From assembly GCA_964585585.1 (NCBI GenBank), contig CAZPEL010000001.1:1-46849 (forward strand): a stretch of 46,849 nt of DNA, in the 5' to 3' direction. How positions within the stretch are numbered: position 1 is the stretch's first letter; every line of letters starts with the position of its first letter. The DNA comes from an uncultured Gammaproteobacteria bacterium. GTDB taxonomy: Bacteria; Patescibacteriota; Patescibacteriia; Patescibacteriales; JAGXOH01. The notes below the pieces were generated by a model. It had not been told where the DNA came from, did no database searches, and worked only from the letters and a program-made list of their open reading frames with translations. The position numbers and the translations under genes were made by a program. Of this stretch, positions 42,199 to 46,849 are shown one piece after another.

Positions 42199-43305
42199 CT
42201 AATAATTAATTTTCGATTTAATAATAATATTTTCTATAATGCCCACCAAAACAAAGGTGGTCAACAAAGCACTCCCGCCATAACTAACAAAAGGCAAAGG
42301 AATGCCTACCACGGGTAAAATACCCATATTCATACCAATATTAATAAACATTTGAATAAAAATCAACCCCATGGCCCCCAATACCAGAAAAATACCAAAA
42401 TCATTATTGACCCTTTTCAGGTTGTGCAGGCATTTATAAAAGAAAACGCCAAAGAACAACAACAAGAGGAACACCCCGGTAAAACCCAATTCTTCGGCAA
42501 TAACCGCGAATATAAAATCATTTTGCACTTCGGGCAGGAATTTTAATTGGGATTGGGATCCAAAGCCCACTCCGCTTCCGGTTAAACCCCCGGCTCCCAC
42601 CGCTATTATGGCCTGGGAAACATTATATCCTTGATCCAAAGAGCTTTGCGAAGGATTTAGGAAGGTGAGTATTCTTTCTTTCTGGTAATCCTGAAAATAA
42701 AATTTCCACATTCCGCCCGAAGCCAAGAGGGCTACAACCAAAACTATCAGGAAGTATTTTTTCTTAAATCCGGCCATCAAGGCCATTATCAGCCAAATAC
42801 CGCCCAAAAGCATGGCAGAGCCGAAATCCGGTTGTAAAACAACCAAAAAGAACAGCAAAAAACTAAGCCCTCCGGACCAGATAAAATATTTCCAATTATC
42901 CTTATCCATTTTTTTGGAGGAAAAGAATTTGGCCAAGAATATTATTAGGATGATCTTGACCATTTCCACCGGTTGAAAATTGAAGTATCCCAGATCGAAC
43001 CAGCCGGTGGTTCCTTTGACGGTGGTTCCAAAAAAAAGAACCAATATTAAAAGAGCCGCTCCCAGGAGGTAAAGATAATTGGCGTAAACCTGGAAGAATT
43101 TAAAATCTATAAAGGCAAAAGCAAAAACAATAATTATTCCCAGAATTATGAATATTATTTGTTTTTTAAAATTGATCAGGTCAGCGGCCTCTCGTCCCAG
43201 GGCTATGCTATAGATCTCGATCAGACCCAAACAAGCCAACAAGAGAACTGAGGAAAAAAGGGTCCAATCAAAATATTTGAGATATAAAAATAATTTTTTG
43301 AACAT
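42199..43305 (-). CDS. SEDS-family peptidoglycan polymerase (RodA/FtsW)
   Basis: Motifs QPVEMVKI, LQPDFGSA, EVQNDFIFAVIAEELGF and PLPFVSYGGSA. Confidence 0.9.
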   Translation of the reverse strand: MFKKLFLYLKYFDWTLFSSVLLLACLGLIEIYSIALGREAADLINFKKQIIFIILGIIIVFAFAFIDFKFFQVYANYLYLLGAALLILVLFFGTTVKGTTGWFDLGYFNFQPVEMVKIILIIFLAKFFSSKKMDKDNWKYFIWSGGLSFLLFFLVVLQPDFGSAMLLGGIWLIMALMAGFKKKYFLIVLVVALLASGGMWKFYFQDYQKERILTFLNPSQSSLDQGYNVSQAIIAVGAGGLTGSGVGFGSQSQLKFLPEVQNDFIFAVIAEELGFTGVFLLLLFFGVFFYKCLHNLKRVNNDFGIFLVLGAMGLIFIQMFINIGMNMGILPVVGIPLPFVSYGGSALLTTFVLVGIIENIIIKSKINY

Positions 43306-43320
43306 AATGGTTTTTCCAAA

Positions 43321-44271
43321 TTATCTCCTGGGGGCAAAATAATTGTCTTTGTTAAAGATGTTCAGATCCGGAACTATCTCCACTTCACTCACGGTCTGGT
43401 TCAAATTGGGCCAGGACATCTCCACGGGCACTTTTTCTTGAGAAAGGAAATTTGTCAAGGTATATTTGTTCACGGCTATGATCCTATTACCTTTGTATAA
43501 AAAGATCTTTAAAGGAGCTTCATAATAGTTATAGGAAGTATCATTAAAGGCCGTGAAGGCAAGTGTGGCCACTTCTATTTTTTCGCTCAGGTTGCTGGTT
43601 CGGGCCGGAGTAAAGTTTATATCTTGGAATTTGATATTTAATCTATTGTCTCTATATTTTTGCCATTGGGGTACTTCATGTCTGTCTATTTTGTGCCACT
43701 CAGTATTTTTAATAGTGAATTTTATATGAGAATGGCTGGAATCCAGTTTTTGGTTCAGGTTGAATATGTATTTGGAGTCATTGGGGTGAATAAAGTCCCG
43801 TTCGCATTTTAATTTCTTTTCTTGACTACTGAAGCAATAATCAAAGTAGGCGTAATGCCAGGGGCTGGGGTTTCTGACTTCGGTAAAAATGTCAAGGGCA
43901 TCTTGGTTCTTAAAAGTCCTGACCCTGGAGGTTTTCAGGGGTTTGGGCGCTATTTTCAGGGTGTATTCATGGCCGGGCAATAGGTTGGTGGTCAAAGCTT
44001 GCATGTTTTGGGCATCCCTTTCCATTCCCACCGCCAAATACATAGTGGCGTAATAAAGAGTGTAGCCCCAAGTGGAGAGACAAATGATAAAAAGTATTAT
44101 AATGATAGCCTGTTTAAGGTGGCTCTTGTGTTCAAAAAGCCACAGACTGCGCTGTAATTTCTTAATGGTTAAGCCACCTGTGGGGTCTTGGTATTGGGAA
44201 ATATCCACTTTTTTGTCTTTTTTGTCTTTTTCTTGAGTTTTTTTCTTCTCGGAAGAATTTGAAGAGGCCAT
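43321..44271 (-). CDS. Bitopic membrane protein, hypothetical, immediately upstream of the SEDS gene
   Basis: 316 aa with a Lys-rich cytoplasmic N-terminus, one TM helix and a 230-aa exported domain. No PBP motifs. Confidence 0.6.
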   Translation of the reverse strand: MASSNSSEKKKTQEKDKKDKKVDISQYQDPTGGLTIKKLQRSLWLFEHKSHLKQAIIIILFIICLSTWGYTLYYATMYLAVGMERDAQNMQALTTNLLPGHEYTLKIAPKPLKTSRVRTFKNQDALDIFTEVRNPSPWHYAYFDYCFSSQEKKLKCERDFIHPNDSKYIFNLNQKLDSSHSHIKFTIKNTEWHKIDRHEVPQWQKYRDNRLNIKFQDINFTPARTSNLSEKIEVATLAFTAFNDTSYNYYEAPLKIFLYKGNRIIAVNKYTLTNFLSQEKVPVEMSWPNLNQTVSEVEIVPDLNIFNKDNYFAPRR

Positions 44272-44492
44272 GAGTAAGGATTTAGTTTAAGTTTTTTTAT
44301 TTTAACATTTTTTTTACTAAAAAACAACTCCAAAAAACAATTGCTTTATGCGGGATTTTATGATAAAATAAAAACAATACAGAGAGGTATAGAAAGAGGC
44401 ATATCCTAAAATGCTTTTTGTTTTTTAAAGGAATAGAACAGAGTTTAAAAGATCGTAATTACTAATAAAAAGACAAAAAATAATAATATTAT

Positions 44493-46508
44493 ATGAGCAA
44501 CAAAAAAGACAAAAAAACATCCGCAAACAAGAATTCCCAAGGAGATTACGGAGCCAGCGCTATTACGGTTCTGGAAGGATTGGAGCCGGTCAGGAAAAGA
44601 CCGGGCATGTATATCGGTTCCACCTCCGGAACCGGATTGCATCATTTGGTTTGGGAGGTCGTGGACAATGGTATTGACGAGGCTATGGCCGGTTATGCCG
44701 AGGAGATAACTATAACCCTTTTACCGGACGGAATGGTTCGGGTAACCGATGATGGTCGGGGTATTCCGGTAACCACTCACAAATCCACCGGGGTTTCCGC
44801 CCTGGAAACGGTTTTGACCAAGTTGCATGCCGGGGGTAAGTTCGGGGACGGTGGCGGATATAAAGTTTCCGGAGGTTTGCACGGGGTCGGAATTTCTGTG
44901 GTTAACGCTTTGAGTGAATATTTGAAAGCCGAGGTTTACCGGGAAGGAAAACTTTGGACCCAGGAATATAAATTCGGTACCCCGCAAGGAAAGTTAAAAT
45001 CAACCGGAAATACTAAAAAGACCGGAACAGCCATTACTTTTAAGCCGGACGCCTCTATTTTTTCCGAAACCGAATTCAATTGGGGAAAAGTCTTGGATCA
45101 TCTGAGGCAGCAAGCTTATTTAACCAAGGGTATTGTTATAAAGGTCTATGATCAGAGAAAGGACAGACGGGACAAGGAATACAAATTTTACTTTGAGGGC
45201 GGTATCAAATCCTATATTCGGTCCTTGAATCAGGGCAGGAGTGTTAAGCACGATACTTGTTTTTATGTGGAAAAAGAGATCGAGGAGACCAATATTGAAA
45301 TAGCTTTACAATACAATGATGAGTTCAATGAGACCGTACTTCCCTTTGCCAATAATATCCACACTTCCGAAGGAGGAGCTCATTTGTCCGGATTCAAGAC
45401 CGCTTTAACCCGGACCCTGAATACTTATGCCCGAAATCACGGATTGCTTAAAGAAAAGGATGATAATTTGACCGGTGATGATGTCCGGGAGGGTTTGACC
45501 GCTATTATCAGTGTTAAATTGACCGACCCCCAATTTGAGGGGCAGACCAAGTCCAAATTGGGTAATGCCGAGATAAAAACCTATGTGGAACAAGTGTTCG
45601 GAGAGAGTTTTGCCATTTTCCTGGAAGAACACCCCAAGGAAGCGGAAGCCATAATCAGTAAGTGCGTCCTGTCCGCCCAGGCCAGAAAAGCGGCCAAAAG
45701 CGCTCGAGCTTCTATTTTAAGAAAAGGGGCATTGGAAGGTTTGACTTTACCCGGAAAATTAGCTGATTGCTCCAGTCGTAAACCGGAAGAGTGTGAACTG
45801 TATATAGTAGAGGGAGATTCAGCCGGAGGTTCGGCTAAACAAGGCCGGGATAGACGATTTCAGGCCATTTTACCCCTGCGGGGCAAGATCCTGAATGTGG
45901 AACGGGCCCGAGTGGACAAGATGCTTAATAATAATGAGATCAAGAGCTTGGTCATAGCTTTGGGGACCAATATTAATGATCAATTCGATATTGAAAAATT
46001 AAGATACCACCGGATCATAATTATGACCGATGCCGATGTGGACGGAGCTCATATCCGAACCCTGTTGCTTACTTTGTTCTTCCGCCATTTTTATCCTTTG
46101 ATCGCTAATGGCCACTTATATATTGCTCAACCGCCCCTATATCAGCTCAAGAAAGGCAATGATCTCAAATATGCCTACAGCGAGGAGGAAAAGCTTAAAA
46201 TAGTCAAAGAAATGGGAGGCGAAGTTGTGGAAGTGGAAGAAGAGGGTGAGCAAGAGGGAGAGGTCGAGGTCAAGGAAAAAGTAAAAGGCAATATTAAGAT
46301 CCAAAGATATAAAGGTCTGGGAGAGATGAATCCCAAGCAGTTATGGGAGACCACTATGGACCCCGAAGGTAGGATCATTAATAAAGTTACAGTAGAAGAC
46401 GCGGCCCAGGCCGACAAGACCTTTGATATGCTTATGGGCGGCGAAGTGGCCCCCAGAAAGCATTTTATCCAGACCCATGCCAAAAAGGTGGAGAATCTGG
46501 ATATTTAA
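44493..46508 (+). CDS. gyrB: DNA gyrase subunit B
   Basis: Motifs YGASAITVLEGLEPVRKRPGMYIG, LHGVG, EGDSAGG, IMTDADVDGAHI and QRYKGLGEMNP. Confidence 0.98.
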   Translation: MSNKKDKKTSANKNSQGDYGASAITVLEGLEPVRKRPGMYIGSTSGTGLHHLVWEVVDNGIDEAMAGYAEEITITLLPDGMVRVTDDGRGIPVTTHKSTGVSALETVLTKLHAGGKFGDGGGYKVSGGLHGVGISVVNALSEYLKAEVYREGKLWTQEYKFGTPQGKLKSTGNTKKTGTAITFKPDASIFSETEFNWGKVLDHLRQQAYLTKGIVIKVYDQRKDRRDKEYKFYFEGGIKSYIRSLNQGRSVKHDTCFYVEKEIEETNIEIALQYNDEFNETVLPFANNIHTSEGGAHLSGFKTALTRTLNTYARNHGLLKEKDDNLTGDDVREGLTAIISVKLTDPQFEGQTKSKLGNAEIKTYVEQVFGESFAIFLEEHPKEAEAIISKCVLSAQARKAAKSARASILRKGALEGLTLPGKLADCSSRKPEECELYIVEGDSAGGSAKQGRDRRFQAILPLRGKILNVERARVDKMLNNNEIKSLVIALGTNINDQFDIEKLRYHRIIIMTDADVDGAHIRTLLLTLFFRHFYPLIANGHLYIAQPPLYQLKKGNDLKYAYSEEEKLKIVKEMGGEVVEVEEEGEQEGEVEVKEKVKGNIKIQRYKGLGEMNPKQLWETTMDPEGRIINKVTVEDAAQADKTFDMLMGGEVAPRKHFIQTHAKKVENLDI

Positions 46509-46526
46509 TTAATTTAGGATAAATTT

Positions 46527-46849
46527 ATGACCCCAATACTCCTTTCCCCTATTCTGGCCGGTATAGCGGCCCAGGGAATAAAATTTCTGATTAAGACCAA
46601 CCAGCAGAATTTTAGTTTAAAGAATTTGATCTCTTATTCCGGTATGCCTTCCGGCCATAGCGCTTTAGTGGTATCCCTGGCTGTGACCGTGGGCCTGAAT
46701 GAGGGTTGGAACTCCTCCTTTTTTGCTATCAGTTTTATTTTGGCTATTATAGTGATCCGGGACGCTTTGGGCATCAGGAGGTATTTGGGCCGGCACGGCC
46801 GCACCTTGAACGCCTTGATCAAGGATCTGGGCGAGGATAAATTCCTGGA
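46527..46849 (+). CDS. Divergent PAP2-related membrane protein (DUF212 family), 5' partial, running off the right edge
   Basis: Hand-translated as MTPILLSPILAGIAAQGIKFLIK...YSGMPSGHSALVVSLAV...VIRDALGIRRYLG. It is not in the ORF track because there is no stop inside the window. Confidence 0.7.
   Translation, partial: MTPILLSPILAGIAAQGIKFLIKTNQQNFSLKNLISYSGMPSGHSALVVSLAVTVGLNEGWNSSFFAISFILAIIVIRDALGIRRYLGRHGRTLNALIKDLGEDKFL

Noticed and set aside
44272-44492. A replication origin next to gyrB.
   Set aside because: It is AT-rich, but I found no TTATCCACA/TGTGGATAA DnaA-box matches. dnaA, dnaN and recF are also absent from the neighbourhood.
1-46849. An alternative genetic code (UGA recoding), as seen in some candidate phyla.
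   Set aside because: UGA terminates several well-defined genes exactly where the homologous proteins should end, for example the ATGA junctions at 2264-2267 and 24317-24320. Conserved proteins also translate at full length with code 11.

Overview
This is a 46.8-kb, gene-dense bacterial chromosomal fragment. I count about 48 credible CDS and found no rRNA, tRNA or CRISPR array by eye. The standard genetic code applies, since UGA is clearly used as a stop.

All product calls come from motif recognition in the supplied translations; no database search was possible.

Most of the window is housekeeping:
- Translation and nucleotide metabolism: pyrG, serS, lysS, greA, rpmA, an rpmE-prfA-prmC operon, L25/Ctc, tsaC and gyrB.
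- Envelope and transport: a RodA/FtsW-family gene, an S41 C-terminal protease, an M23 peptidase, a Kef-type antiporter, CvpA and a CapA-like protein.
- Other conserved genes: PIN-PhoH, NUDIX and a macro-domain protein.
- A Phe/Tyr terminal-branch operon.
- A five-gene surface-glycan cluster: flippase, GT4, GT2, a DUF192 lipoprotein and an O-antigen-ligase-like protein.

Small proteins, overlapping gene junctions and many bitopic or secreted hypothetical proteins fit a reduced-genome lineage such as Patescibacteria/CPR. That placement is inference only.

The parts that ordinary annotation does not explain, in rough order of interest:
1. An independently promoted, translationally coupled cassette inside a sharply AT-rich island (23.0-25.4 kb). 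It holds a canonical Xer-type tyrosine recombinase, an unknown 162-aa protein and a divergent second recombinase.
2. A secreted protein made of a previously unfamiliar 24-25-aa LGDLF-x-L-[DN]-x-LF repeat plus a LysM domain.
3. A roughly 200-nt structured leader upstream of that gene, with mutually exclusive pairings (a riboswitch or attenuator candidate).
4. A macro-domain gene overlapping a minimal nucleotidyltransferase gene, in an operon with two membrane proteins.
5. A truncated MurF-like protein with a destroyed P-loop, overlapping ftsQ.
6. An ECF sigma factor with no recognisable anti-sigma partner.
7. A Phe/Tyr branch with non-canonical domain architecture.

None of these is proven. Each finding lists the decisive test.
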